In this document: piece by piece, positions 1 to 12,907 of the stretch
Position numbering within the stretch: the stretch's first letter is position 1
Layout of the letters: each line of letters opens with the position of its first letter
Assembly (NCBI RefSeq): GCF_001194135.2
Contig: NC_068994.1
Location: 48,054,256-48,118,255, forward strand
Length of the DNA stretch: 64,000 nucleotides
Direction: 5' to 3'
DNA from: Octopus bimaculoides
Lineage: Eukaryota
Program-made: the position numbers and the translations under genes
The notes under the pieces: generated by a model
The model's database searches: none
Told to the model about the DNA's origin: nothing
What the model saw: the letters and a program-made list of their open reading frames with translations, nothing else

Positions 1-718
1 CATTTTATATTATATACACACACACCTCCACATTTTATAAATATACACGCACACTTTAAATATATATACACGCAGTTTATGCGGGTGAAAACGAAAGCCT
101 ATAAGGATATATATTACACGCGCACATTTCATCCCTACACGCACACATTTTATATTATATACACACACACGCACACATACAAACATCGTGTCTACAAATT
201 TTTCATTTGTAGTATGATTGTAGATGGAATTTGCCTTCTTTCTCTTTAATTATTTCCATAGCCAAACTATCGTCGTTCGGCTAAGTGTTTAAGTATTAAA
301 TTCTCCCCCTCCTCTTCATTGAAAAAAATCTCCACCGATGATAATATTAAACGGAAAAGATAAGCAATGTCGACATGATAAAGTGAAGCGCATAAATTAG
401 AGCGGGAAGTCAACCCCCGTCTCTGACAGGAAAACATTTTATGTTTTGGAAGAAACAAAACCCCTAGAAGGAAGAAAACATGTACCAAAGACAGACAACA
501 AAATAAGTGATAAATGAATAGATCACAACTTCTTCGTATTCTCGTTAGAAATAGAGAGATTCTGAAACAAAAATACCGGCGACAAGAGAAAAATATTAAG
601 ACATTCGTCACTGTGGCCTTCCTTCTTTCATTCACTCTCTTTCGGTGTCTTAATTCATTCTCCTGTAAGAACCGTATATGAACCTTCAAGTTTTAACCTC
701 AGATATAAACGAACTCAC

Positions 719-783
719 CTCGTTCCTTCGGGAACATTTCGTACATAGAGGGAAGTGTTTGGAGGTCGAGAGTAGCGCGACAT
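719..783 (-). CDS. SRSF10: Exon 1 of serine/arginine-rich splicing factor 10/12 orthologue (RRM N-terminus); gene continues left of window
   Basis: ATG at 783 reads MSRYSRPPNTSLYVRNVPEGT(R), then AG|GTGAGT donor; nearly identical to recalled human SRSF10/12 start [22 protein letters not shown]. SRSF10 vs SRSF12 cannot be distinguished. Confidence 0.9.
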
Positions 784-950
784 TTTCCCCGTAAAAGCCA
801 AAGCCGTGATATGAACTAACAATGGCGCCCGTCAAGAAATCTGTATCCACGCATGCGCACTAAACCATCCGGCTTTATTGTCCTCATGGCGGGCAAGGAA
901 GAATTATATTTTTTTACTTCATATTTTTATGCGCACGTTACTTTAGGTAA
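784..950. promoter_or_regulatory. CpG-rich promoter/5'UTR of SRSF10 with YY1-like and NRF1-like motifs
   Basis: ACAATGGCG 819-827, ACGCATGCGC 849-858, CATGGCGG 885-892; local CpG enrichment immediately upstream of the ATG. Confidence 0.6.
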
Positions 951-2066
951 ATGAATGAATTGATAAATTATAACTAGTTATAAACATAAACATCATTACG
1001 ATTTGAGGAGGCTAGTAGTAATTTCTTAACAAGAACCAATTCCTTAGAAAGCAATATCTGAGGTGTCGAGGCTAGAATAAATTTTTAATATTTCGAATAG
1101 TGTTCAATTAGTGGAATGGCATAAACGCTGTGGAATTATAAATTCTACAGCGTTTAACTATTCATGTTGCTGCTGTTTACAACAGTGCATTACACCGCCT
1201 TGTGCTAATTTCGTTCAAAAAGGTAGTTAAATGCATTGGCTCCAGACGCTGGACAGAAAATTATACCACACTATGGTATCTGATTGCAGTGTTGTACTTG
1301 ACTGTTCAGAGATATGTTAACCACATACGCTATACAGAATACTATTCTACACAGTGGAAGATTCTAGCAGCTAGGTGGATTGAACTGTTCAGAGTTTACT
1401 ATCTTTTCCATAGACAGTACAGTGCCAGAGAGATGATGATATGAACCATCTGCTCCTTGCTTACTTATGCTCTAGCTTATTGCCTTCACTTCATACTCTT
1501 GAATATTTGTTACATTAATTTCTTCATTAAAGTCAGGGTGGTAATAAAAGTAAAATGAATTTGCTTGGATTTGATCTCAGAAACGAGAGAAGAAACTAAA
1601 TTATTGTAATATGTTTGCTTAAGTACTCCATAGTTTCTACCACCATTGGCAGTTGCATTTACAATATATTTTATATTGACTAGTGTAAAAAGAGATACGG
1701 TGTGTAGTTATAAATGGCCAAGAAGACATAGATAAACTTTCAGACAACTTATGCTTTATCAAATAGTTTAATAAATGTACAAAGTTCATGCAAGAGATAG
1801 TCAAACGGTTTGTCTACATTGAAGTCATGAAGAATAAGGATTTCAGAGAGTAAGTAACATGAAATAGATATCTTCAATGCAGGAAAAGAGTTAATTGAAT
1901 GACTTCTGTTGGGTTTGGGATATCAGAGAGTACAAGAAATAACAGGTGAATCTAGGAGGAGTGTGGAAGTAAGACTGAACTAGAGTAACTGGATGTCTTT
2001 AATGTTAATGTCTAGAATGAATGAAGTGAGGAAAATGGATTCTATGTAAATTCAAACTTCACCAAC

Positions 2067-2537
2067 TAAAAAACAATTACTGCTCAAACCTATTACCAAC
2101 AATTAGAGTGTTTGGATGCTGCTTTGAATAAAAAAAAGGACTGCTTTGGCGAATCATAAGGAAGTGATGTTTCATCATGATGATGCAAAAATTACATCAG
2201 AAAACATCAAAGAACTTGACTGGGAAAAACCCCTCACACACCTTATCAACTGGACCTCACTCATTCTGATTACCATTTGTTTCAAATCTTACAGAATCAT
2301 TTACATGGATTAGTAATCAAAATCCCCCAAGAGGTTGAAACTGACTTCTCTTCCTTCTTCTCATCAAAACCAGAAAAGTTTCTCACCAATGGAATTTAAA
2401 AACTGATGAATAGATGGAAGGAAGTCATCGCTAATGATGGGAATTATAAACAGGATTAAATTTAAATAAAATGTAAAATTAGATCACTTTTTTTCCTTAC
2501 CCAAAATTTGGACATTATTTATGGGATGACTTGATAT
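2067..2537 (+). mobile_element. Degenerate mariner transposase 3' half plus right TIR
   Basis: Frame-broken translation TITAQTYYQQLECLDAALNKKR..VMFHHD..SDYHLFQ.LQNHL..NGI*KLMNRWKEVIANDGNY matches mariner D,D34D C-terminus; ends in GGACATTATTTATGGGATGACTTGA-TA. Possible N-terminal remnant FRQLMLY near 1740. Confidence 0.75.
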
Positions 2538-2707
2538 ATTAGAAAGAGAGATGAACAAGTAAACAGAGTAGTTATAGTAAATAAGGGATTTAAAAAATAA
2601 TATGTGAAGTTTCTTACAGTTGTTTCTAGAATAGCAGAACATGTAGATCATATATCATTGAGCAAAGATTTCCATGTAAGCCAACTATTCCATCTCTGGA
2701 GAAAAAG

Positions 2708-2930
2708 AATTAAGGAATATCTTTAATAAACGATATTAGTAATTACCAGTTTATCAAAGAATTAAAGAACATACTTAGTGAAAGATAATAGTGGTTAGCA
2801 CTTACATGATCAGAGAATTAAGAAAATCCTTAGTGAGAGATAATAGCAGTTTGCAGTTCCATTGTTGAAGGATTGAGGAATATCCTTAGTAAAAGATAAG
2901 GTAAGTTACTAGTTCCATCTTCGAAGAGAT
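2708..2930. repeat. Degenerate ~55-bp tandem repeat, 4 units
   Basis: Recurrent ATTAAG(G/A)A.ATC/ACTTAGT.A.AGATAA core starting near 2708, 2760, 2816, 2872. Confidence 0.5.
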
Positions 2931-3019
2931 AGTCAACACATGTCATAGAAAACTTTGTAAATCCCAAAAAAGAAGTTGCAGAATAATATGCTGCAGAAAT
3001 AAGATAGCAGCTTAAACGA

Positions 3020-3395
3020 GTTATTTTCCTATCTGATACCATGCAAAATGAAATCCTAGAGGCATGTGCTCATAACATCCAACATGAGATAAGAAAAAAT
3101 GATTGAAGATTCCATGTTTATTGATGTTATATGAGATTGCTCTGGCATGGAACGAGAAGAATCAGTTATTGTTGTTATGTTTCTGAAAACCAGGATGTCC
3201 ACATAGATTTTCTCAGCTTTTGTAACCCTCCTGACTACACTTTGGAGACACTGACTAACGTTATTCTGGATGTTTTTGTTGCCTAAACATTTCTCTGGGC
3301 TCAAAATTATGCTGTTTTTGTCTTTGATTTGGCCTGTACTATGAGCAGAAACATTTCAGACATACAAAAGAGATTAAAAGACATATTTTACTTGA
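3020..3395 (+). mobile_element. Degenerate hAT-type (ZMYM1-like) transposase fragment
   Basis: SDTMQNEILEACAHNI..I and FDLACTMSRNISDIQKRLKDIF resemble hAT motifs QNELIE.C...I and YDGASxMSG..SGVQ.RIK; frameshifts and stops present. Confidence 0.45.
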
Positions 3396-3774
3396 ACAAA
3401 ACCACCTTCAACCTCAAGCAGCCACAGAAGAAGCAGACTACTAAGTCAGATGCCGCCACCCACCCCCTTCCAATCATGGCACCCTTCCTTATGCTCACTG
3501 CAAAAGTTCCTGACTAGTCCATAAGCACCATAGATCTACTGACCAGTCCTCCCCCCCCCACATACACACACTGACAATGGCTCAGAAGTAGTAATTGAAG
3601 AAGTTCAAATCTAATCAGGAGAATCAAGATACCACACGTGACATTCACATGATTGCAAGTTCTCCAAGATCATGTTAGGCATGAACTGTCCTCTCCTCAT
3701 CTTACAGAATCCCCCCATCTTCATCATCATCATCATCATCATCATTATCATCATCCTTTTAATGTTAGCTTTTT

Positions 3775-3960
3775 TATGCTCGTATGGGTCAGACAGAATT
3801 TATTGAGGTGGATTTTTATGGCTGGATGCCCTTCCTATTACCAAGCCCCGTGTGTTTCCCGGTAAGATAATATTGGCTAATGACCAAACATCTTTCCACA
3901 GAATATTGGAAATAAAGTGTTACACTTGCATGATGGAAAAACTCATGTATGAGCATCACA
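3775..3960 (-). mobile_element. RTE-LINE 3'-end fragment
   Basis: GCTGGATGCCCTTCCT motif next to a (CAT)n tail; same family as 60840-61030. Confidence 0.55.
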
Positions 3961-3999
3961 TGATGTCAAGGCAAAGAAACAGACACATACATATACATG

Positions 4000-4030
<31 letters not shown>

Positions 4031-4299
4031 GCGTGCGCATGCGCACACACTGGGGCTATTGTAGAAGACGCTTGCTCAAGGCACCATGCAGTGGGGCTGA
4101 ACCTGAAATCTTGTGGTTAGGAAGCAAAGCAAACTTCTTATCACACAGCCGCAACTGCACTTGCCCTCAGGCACCACACATTTCACCACATTGAGATGCT
4201 TGATAAAGTCCTCATTGCATTGTTCTGCTAAGGTTGTCAGTGATGAAGTACTGGACCAACTAGATTCAGCCATCAGTCCTGATAATATCTAACTACCGA

Positions 4300-4510
4300 G
4301 AAGAAAGCAAGCTGGCAGAATCATGAGCACACCAGGCAAAATGCACAGTGGCATGTTGTCTGTCTTTACATTATGAGTTCAAAGCCACCAAGGTCAGCTT
4401 TGCCTTTCATCCTTGCAGGGGGTTCAATAAAATAAGTACCAGTTGAGTACAGGGGTCAATGTAATCAACTTGACCCTTCCTCTAAAACTGCTGGCCTTGC
4501 ACCAATATTT
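4300..4510 (+). mobile_element. tRNA-derived SINE family B (Meta/MESC-like core)
   Basis: AAGCTGGCAGAATC head and TTTGCCTTTCATCC..AATAAGTACCAG core shared with many copies in the window. Confidence 0.6.
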
Positions 4511-4853
4511 CTTCAGTTATGAGATGACATGTCCCCTCCAGAAGCTTTTAGTTCTTTCTTGACCCTGAACATGACTGACAGAGCCACATTCAAAAACCTG
4601 GTGATCTCTGAGTTGCTGTGTTTGGTGGTTGGGTGGTTGACAAGTATGGCATGCCATTTCATTTCATGTGTCAGTTTGGAATGTGCCATGTTGATGCAGA
4701 TGATACATCCGAAAGAGAAATATGAAAGCTAAAATTTGAAGCATGCTCCATAACATTGTATTAGATTATCTTCCATTTATGGCTGGCTAAAACTTGTTTA
4801 TAAATGCAAAGGTCCAGTGGACTCTGTTTATGTTTGTATTCATATATTTGTAT

Positions 4854-4889
<36 letters not shown>

Positions 4890-5396
4890 TCATCATCATT
4901 ATCAGCAGCTGCAGTATTATTATCATCATCATGCATCTGGTGTGAGCTTGACATGTTATCCAAGTCAGTTCTTATTCAGAATTTCTATCCTAGACAGGAT
5001 GGAGGTTCATATCCTGCACGTTCTTTTCCACTTTTGATCTGGTTTCTACATCTCAACACTTCCTATCATGAACTACTTTAAACAGGATACTGGATACACA
5101 TTATCGTAGCACTAGTGGGGTTGCTTTGTACCCCAGAAATTAAAGTGTTCTCATTACTCTATGATGTGTTAATCTGCTCAAGGCAAACCAAGAGAGAGAA
5201 AGAAAGGAGGTGAATAAAGGAGAGAGTGCAAAGCCCAAAGATGGATGGATGAAGAGTGCAAGATTACGATGGTACATAGAGAGTAACTAGGTGGGGGTGA
5301 GAGGAGACGGAGGGGGAGGTCATGACAGAGATGATAATGCAGGTATACAGTGGGAAGAGTGAATGAAGGATGCCAGTATAGAATGGACCTGCAAGA

Positions 5397-5429
<33 letters not shown>

Positions 5430-6139
5430 GGGCAGACAGAGAGGATGAGTGTAAAATGTATTCGGTACAAGCAAATCTGATACAATCACTTATATGTATG
5501 CTTTGTAATGAAAGAAAGAGGTAAGGTAACAAGGATGGAGATAAACATGGGTACTGAAGTATAGGTAGGTCTTGTACCATCCTTTGTTGCATGGCATCTT
5601 GGTACAGTGAATGAAAGAGATGCTTGATACATAAATACAAAGATATATAGATATTATATAACACAAATGTAGAACATAACTAATCAAGCTATACAAAAAA
5701 TTTATTTTTAGCTTTATTCTAAAGTAATTTTGTCGTTATAACATGCAATTCTAGTAACTACAGTATTAATTTTTACTTAGGTTCAGACCCAACTATGTCA
5801 AAGCTGTTGAATATAGCCGTAGAGCCAGTCTAGAAATGCATTCTTGCATAAAATAAATGAATTCAAACAGACTATGTTGTGTTATGTAATCTTTCTTGCA
5901 CAAATCTATACGACCAATGTTATATATTCAGAATATTGATTGGTACATAAACAATCTGAATATTGATTGATTCATAAACCAGCATGATTCTAATTGTACT
6001 AAAGCTGAACAAAACCCAAACACATTGAAATTTCATTTCTTCAGTTCTCTGTAGTGGATATAACCCCAAAATTATTTTAGAACTATGCTAAAAATATATT
6101 ACATTCTGCTAGAGTGATTGTAGACATTAAAAACATATA

Positions 6140-6533
6140 TACTCTTTTACTCTTTTATTTGTTTCAGTCATTTGACTGTGACCATGCTGGAGCACCGCCT
6201 TAGTCGAGCAAATTGACCCCAGGACTTATTCTTTGTAAGCCTAGTGCTTATTCTATCAGTCTCTTTTGCCGAACCACTAAGTTACGGGGACATAAACACA
6301 CCACCATTGGTTGTCAAGCAAGGTTGGGGGGACAAACACAGACACAGAAACATATACACACACATATATATATATATATAGATACATATATACAACGGGC
6401 TTCTTTCAGTTTCCGTCTACCATATCTACTCACAAGGCTTTGGTCGGCCCGAGGCTATAGTAGAAGACGCTTGCCCAAGGTGCCATGCAGTGGGACTGAA
6501 CCTGGAATCATGTGATTCATAAGCAAGCTACTT
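6140..6533 (-). mobile_element. tRNA-derived SINE family A (CORE-like), cut by gap
   Basis: Near-exact reverse complement of the copy at 26429-26850. Confidence 0.8.
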
Positions 6534-6799
6534 NNNNNNNNNNNNNNNNNNNNNNNNNNNNNNNNNNNNNNNNNNNNNNNNNNNNNNNNNNNNNNNNNNN
6601 NNNNNNNNNNNNNNNNNNNNNNNNNNNNNNNNNNNNNNNNNNNNNNNNNNNNNNNNNNNNNNNNNNNNNNNNNNNNNNNNNNNNNNNNNNNNNNNNNNNN
6701 NNNNNNNNNNNNNNNNNNNNNNNNNNNNNNNNNNNNNNNNNNNNNNNNNNNNNNNNNNNNNNNNNNNNNNNNNNNNNNNNNNNNNNGGTTTCAAGTTTT

Positions 6800-7515
6800 A
6801 GCACAAAGCCAGCAAGTTCGGGGAAGGGGCTAAGTCCATTACATCAACCCCAGTACACAACAGATACTTATTTTATCAATCCTGAAAGGATGAAAGGCTA
6901 AGTTGACCTTGGTGGAATTTGAACTCAGAACATAAAGACAGGCGAAAATGCTGCCAAGCATTTCCATCCGGCGTGATAACCATTCTGCCAGCTCACCACC
7001 TTAATAATTCTTTCTACTGGAAGCACAAGGCCTCAAAATTGGAGGAAGGGATTTAGTTGATTACATCGACCCCAGTGTGTAACATGTACTTATTTAATCG
7101 ATCCCAAAAGGATGANNNNNNNNNNGTGTAACATGTACTTATTTAATCGATCCCAAAAGGATGAAAGGCAAAGTCAACCTCGGCAGAATTTGAACTCAGA
7201 ACGTAGCGGCAGATGAAATATCGCTAAGCATTTTGCCCAGCGTGCTGACGACTCTGCTAGCTCGTTGCCTTATCTCACCACTATAATAATAACAATACTT
7301 TCTACTATTAGCACAAGGCCTGAAATTTTGGAGGAGGGGGCTAGTTGATTGCATCAACCCAAATGCTCAACTCAACTGGTACTTATTTCATCGACCCCAA
7401 AAAGGATGAAAGGCAAAATCAACCCTGGCCAAATTTGAACTCACAACATAAAGACAGACGAAATGCTGTGAAGCATTTTGCCTGGTGTGCTAACCATTCT
7501 ACCAGCTCACCACCT
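6800..7515 (-). mobile_element. Head-to-tail stack of three family B SINEs
   Basis: Repeated GGATGAAAGGCAAAGT..ACCTCGGCAGAATTTGAACTCAG..GCCAGCTCACCACCTT units separated by (AAT)n tails. Confidence 0.75.
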
Positions 7516-7549
7516 TAATAATAATGATGATGATGATAATAATAATAAC

Positions 7550-7915
7550 AACAAGAGCACTCAGAGAGCGCAAACCTCTGCCAAGGCAACACCAACATCA
7601 TCTCAACGATTAGCCAGAGATGATTTTTAAAATGAGAATATCTGAAATAAACTCGACTGCTCTCACAAATGAGAACACTGAAAATGAACCTGACCGCTCT
7701 TAAAAACTGAGTAAAAAAACAGGAAAAATAACCCAGAATCCTTGTTTGGTACCAAATAAATCCCAAAATCTAATCAGTTTATGCCAGTCACGAGGCCAAA
7801 TATCCCTGAAGGTTTCATCCAAATCCATCCTGTGGTTCTTGAGATATCTTGTCCATAGACAAACAAACAAACATGACTGAAAATAATACCTCTGCCTAAG
7901 CAAAGGTGGAGGTTT
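7550..7915 (+). mobile_element. Non-autonomous Helentron-associated element (HINE/DINE-1-like)
   Basis: 5' subterminal ACCTCTGCCAAGG (7574-7586), (CAAA)n microsatellite, then 3' stem-loop ACCTCTGCC-TAAGCAAA-GGTGGAGGT (7888-7913) and TT. Confidence 0.6.
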
Positions 7916-7929
7916 CTGATTTAGATACA

Positions 7930-8125
7930 AGGCCAGCAATTTTGAGACAGGATGGGGATAGTGAATACCATCAATCCCAGTACTTGATTGGTAATTCAAT
8001 TTACAAACACTGAAAGGATGAAAGGCATAGTTGACACAGGTAGGTTTTTGAACCCAGAATATAAAGAGCTAGAACAAATGCAAGGCATTTATTTCAATGT
8101 TCTAATGACTCTGCCAATCCACTGG
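7930..8125 (-). mobile_element. Family B SINE, degenerate
   Basis: GAAAGGATGAAAGGCATAGTTGAC core. Confidence 0.55.
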
Positions 8126-8607
8126 CCTACTACTACTACTGCTGCTGCAGCTACTGATGCCACTGTTGCGACTGCCACTGCTCCTGTCACCGCTAATTCA
8201 CTCAACAGAGATATTATCCTGAGGTTTGGAATGATAAATCTCTTCATATCTCAAGAATCTTTCTTTGGATTCTTGTAGAATTTTCTATCTATATGTATTG
8301 ACATTTTTCTATTTAACTTAAGACCAACAACAAATTTTTTCAAAAATTTGCTCACAACTCCCAAATCCTCCCAGATTAGGCATGATGAAAAATACCCTGA
8401 ATTCAAGGCTCCCATCCAGCTTGGAGTAAAATAAAGGGGAGTCACAAAAAGAGGTATTGAAAGACTGGTAGCTGTAATGGAATGATAATAGAATTGAAGA
8501 GTTAGTGTGAGATACAGAATGGTTACCATTTTATGATTTCAAACTCTATTTTCTTTCTCTCTCTCTCTCACACACACACATACATACACATATTCACATG
8601 CACACAA

Positions 8608-8642
<35 letters not shown>

Positions 8643-8811
8643 NNNNNNNNNNNNNNNNNNNNNNNNNNNNNNNNNNNNNNNNNNNNNNNNNNNNNNNNNN
8701 NNNNNNNNNNNNNNNNNNNNNNNNNNNNNNNNNNNNNNNNNNNNNNNNNNNNNNNNNNNNNNNNNNNNNNNNNNNNNNNNNNNNNNNNNNNNNNNNNNNN
8801 NTATTATACAT

Positions 8812-8980
8812 CATTATCATCGTTTAACGTCCATTTTCCATGCTGGCATGGGTTGGATGGTTTGAGTGAAGACTGGCAAGCCAGTAGGCTGCACCAGGCT
8901 CCCATCTGATCTGGCAAGGTTTCTACAGCTGGATGCCCTTCCTAACACCAACCACTCCAAGAGTGCAGTGGGTGCTTTTT
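8812..8980 (-). mobile_element. RTE-LINE 3'-end fragment
   Basis: CATCGTTTAACGTCCATTTTCCATGCTGGCATGGGTTGGA...CTGGATGCCCTTCCTAAC. Confidence 0.7.
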
Positions 8981-10488
8981 AATATATAAGTAAAGTCACA
9001 AATGACAGAAATAGTTTGATGTAATTTTATTTAATAGTAAGAAAATTCTAATTTCACAGATCCCATAGTATTAGTATTATCAAAATCTTTTTGCCTATCC
9101 TTTTTAGTCCAAAGTTTGTCATTAGATTTGATAATAGTTCTCCCTGCTGTTAGAATAATATCAATTTCATTTCTAGTTAGATTAGAGTTTTTCATAGCAA
9201 ATATAAGAGCCTTATTGAAGAGAATTGTATTGTACTATATATCCTAATTTTTTTTCAGAATGATACCATTAAGCTTTTTTTTTATGAGTACTACTGGATT
9301 ACTTGAATCCATATATCAAATAGATATATATATATGAACATATGCACACATGTTTATAAAGATCCAAGTTGATCTATATCTTGTGAGTAAAATTATATAT
9401 TTGCATAAATGGAAACTGTGTGGAAGCTAATCTTATAGACTGTACCAGTAACTTAAAGGCCCTGCATTGTTACACAGTGTCATGCTGACTCCATCTGAGA
9501 ATGATATTAATGGTGCACATTTCTGTAGAACACTCAGCCACTTAAATACTAATTCTGAGCACAGTATCTGGTATATTGATTAATCAAACACAACTAAACA
9601 ATCTCGGTCAGAAATTTTTGAGATCTAATAAGTTTCATATACATACATACATACATACATACATATACTTAAAGGGTTGTTGGTTATGGCTAGTCAGAGA
9701 GTGACCATTGATTTTGTACCTATAAGGTTCTTAGCAGTATAGCTGACTCCTCAGATTTTGTGGCCAGAGGTACATAACCTCTCATAACTCTATAATTTGG
9801 TTAGCTAGGGATGTATGTGTACAAAAATCCTGAAATGAAAGTTTACTGTTCAACAATTTTTCTTTGTGAGATGCAGTTATATCCCTTAGATTGGTTCTTG
9901 GTTCTAGTTGTATTGGAGAAGGGTCAACATTTGGATGATTACTTTTAAGCTGGTCAGCAAGTGGGGAATTCTATGGTTCCAAAAAGAATTTCGTCTGATA
10001 AGGTCATTCACTAAACACTTCTTTTCTGGAGTTTAAACATAAATACATACATATGTATGTGTGTGTGTTTTTATATATATATATGTATAAAGAAAGAAAA
10101 GGATAAAGAGACCAATGGCAAAGGTAGAATTATATTTTATGGATAAAGTCTTACAGCTGTTTCAGGGAAAATCCAATGTATCCCTTCATCGGAGATGGTA
10201 ATAGTAGAAGAATATATAGTAGTATATATATATATATATATAATATNNNNNNNNNNNNNNNNNNNNNNNNNNNNNNNNNNNNNNNNNNNNNNNNNNNNNN
10301 NNNNNNNNNNNNNNNNNNNNNNNNNNNNNNNNNNNNNNNNNNNNNNNNNNNNNNNNNNNNNNNNNNNNNNNNNNNNNNNNNNNNNNNNNNNNNNNNNNNN
10401 NNNNNNNNNNNNNNNNNNNNNNNNNNNNNNNNNNNNNNNNNNNNNNNNNNNNNNNNNNNNNNNNNNNNNNNNNNNNNNNNNATATATA

Positions 10489-10620
10489 CAGTAATCCCTC
10501 GACTATCACGGGTGTTACACTCCAAAACCCCACCATGATAGCTGAAAATCCATGAAGTAGAAACAGTACTGTACTGTACATTTTTTTTTTATTTTCATAA
10601 TTTGTATATATCTATGACTA
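10489..10620 (+). mobile_element. pogo/Tigger-like MITE end
   Basis: TA|CAGTAATCCCTCGACTATCACGGGTGTTAC..CCAAAACCC resembles Tigger-type TIR and subterminal sequence, preceded by TA. Confidence 0.5.
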
Positions 10621-11199
10621 TATATAAATAGTGTAAGAACTATCTACTGCTAGTGTGTTATGGCGGTGTATGCGTAAGATTAAATTTAAGAACGAGCTAA
10701 AAGCAGCTGTTAGTGTTGTACACATTATCGACTTTACATACTCAAAGTATGTGTTTTCTTTGTTTGCTGCGGCATAGTGCTTGGGGGATGACTCCCTCAT
10801 AACACTGGGTGTTAAAACACCTAAAAGTCATGGACAAGTGAGACAACTCAGCTCCCATCAAATTGAGGAGTGATGAATACTGATATTTCACCATTTTTGT
10901 GACTTATCCACACACATGCCTGAATTAAACATGGGATGAATCAAATTGCCAATATATGTATACATATATATATGACTTTCATGCTCTGTCTACCAAACGT
11001 CTTTTGTATGGCCAGATGCCCTTTCTGTCATCAACCCTTACCTGCTTCTAAGCAAGGTAATATTTCCCCATGACCAGACATGTTTTTGTGCAGAACATTG
11101 GAAATAAACTTGTATGATGGTGATGGTCAACCATTTACAACCATTATGCAATATCCAGACAGAGTATATATATACAAACACACACACACACACACAATA

Positions 11200-11350
11200 G
11201 GAAGAGCTTCTTTCAGTTTCCATCTACCAAATCCACTCTCATGGCTTTGGTCAACCTGCAGCTATGGTAGAATACACTTGCCCAAGGTGCCACATAACAG
11301 GACTGAACTTGAAGCCATATGGTTTGGAAGTAGGTTTTGTAACCACACAC
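11200..11350 (-). mobile_element. Family A SINE 5' portion
   Basis: GCTTCTTTCAGTTTCCATCTACCAAATCCACTC..TTGCCCAAGGTGCCAC. Confidence 0.65.
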
Positions 11351-12232
11351 CCCTTCAGTCATTTTGTTACTTCTGCTAATTGTAATTAAAAAAAAAACAT
11401 ACATGATTATACTGATGTATTAATATCTGTCTATATAAGGTATACACACATGTATATATATATATATATNNNNNNNNNNNNNNNNNNNNNNNNNNNNNNN
11501 NNNNNNNNNNNNNNNNNNNNNNNNNNNNNNNNNNNNNNNNNNNNNNNNNNNNNNNNNNNNNNNNNNNNNNNNNNNNNNNNNNNNNNNNNNNNNNNNNNNN
11601 NNNNNNNNNNNNNNNNNNNNNNNNNNNNNNNNNNNNNNNNNNNNNNNNNNNNNNNNNNNNNNNNNNNNNNNNNNNNNNNNNNNNNNNNNNNNNNNNNNNN
11701 NNNGTGCAACAACTACAATGCAATTGCACAAATTATTCCTTGACATTTTAGTTGTTTAGAAATTCTGGCAGAATTCCCTCTTCCCAAAGGTGGATCATAA
11801 TATTCCTGTAGATTCTGCCATTGAAATAAATATTAAACTACATTAAAATTTCTATGGTAGTCCATAAAAAATTTTTTCTTCAAAGTTCTTTAGAGAGGAG
11901 GCATGAAACATTCGATGATTAATAAACTTTATGTTGCTTTTAATCTAATATTTTCCCTATATTCTTTTCCATTTTAAAATTAATTTACATTTTTTTCCTC
12001 AAAGAAAGGGAAAATATTTTGTCCTCTTTTTTTGTTTTTTTATTGAAATCTAAGGTGATAAAGAATATTGCTAGAAAAATATATCCATTTGTATTATTGT
12101 AAAGCAAAAAGAAGTGGAACAGAAGAAAAATAATATTCATTATTGTAGCCTAAATGTGTTATATTTCTACTTCAAAATTTCCCAGGAGTTCTTCTATGTA
12201 GAGTTATACTGAATAATTGTTAGACTAGCAAG

Positions 12233-12272
12233 ATGGCGGGTGCTTGTCAGTTGCTATCCATTGGTTTGGTTG
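12233..12272 (+). CDS. DENND10: DENND10 exon 1
   Basis: MAGACQLLSIGLV, G|GTGAGT; start context AAGATGGCGG. Confidence 0.85.
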
Positions 12273-12869
12273 GTGAGTCGCGGTGGCTTTGTTTTTCTAC
12301 GTATATCTAGCATACATTTTTTTAATATTTTCTCTTCTTTGCCCAGTTAATTCCTTAACCTTACTCACAAATCTATTTTCGTATATATAAGGTCTCCTTA
12401 TAAGTTCTAAATATTCATTACATCGCATCCTCCCCTCTCATCAAGGAAATTCATTGATACACGATTGAAGCGTTAGCAGTCGTCTGTTAAACCCATGTTT
12501 GTTTACTATTTTGTTATTATTATTATCATCATCGTTTTTAATAAATTGGTATCAGTGTTGATGTTTAGAGGAAAGAAAACCTGGATATGACTATTGTTAA
12601 GGAAGAAACATTTCATATCACACACGTACACTCGTAAATACACTTCTAACTGGTTGTATTTATGTACTTGTTTATCATAACGTGGGACTGGGTGTCTAAG
12701 AAGCTAGCTAGCAATGCAAATATGCCTAAGATTTCATACAAAAGGTCAGGTTTATGAATGAAATCAACTGATGCTTGTAGAGGTGTTTTAACGGGTTACA
12801 GAATGAACTTGTAACACACCCCTTCTGGAAAATAAGCTTTTAAAAGTTTTGTCTTCCCGGTTCCATTAA

Positions 12870-12907
<38 letters not shown>

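Noticed and set aside
267-689. 140-aa minus-strand ORF as a standalone gene
   Set aside because: Lies in SRSF10 intron 1, lacks a credible start and shows no recognisable homology
7077-7164. 39-bp exact direct duplication
   Set aside because: Straddles a 10-N gap; most likely an unmerged contig overlap
8251-8529. 92-aa minus-strand ORF
   Set aside because: No recognisable motif and no partner exons; length is within chance
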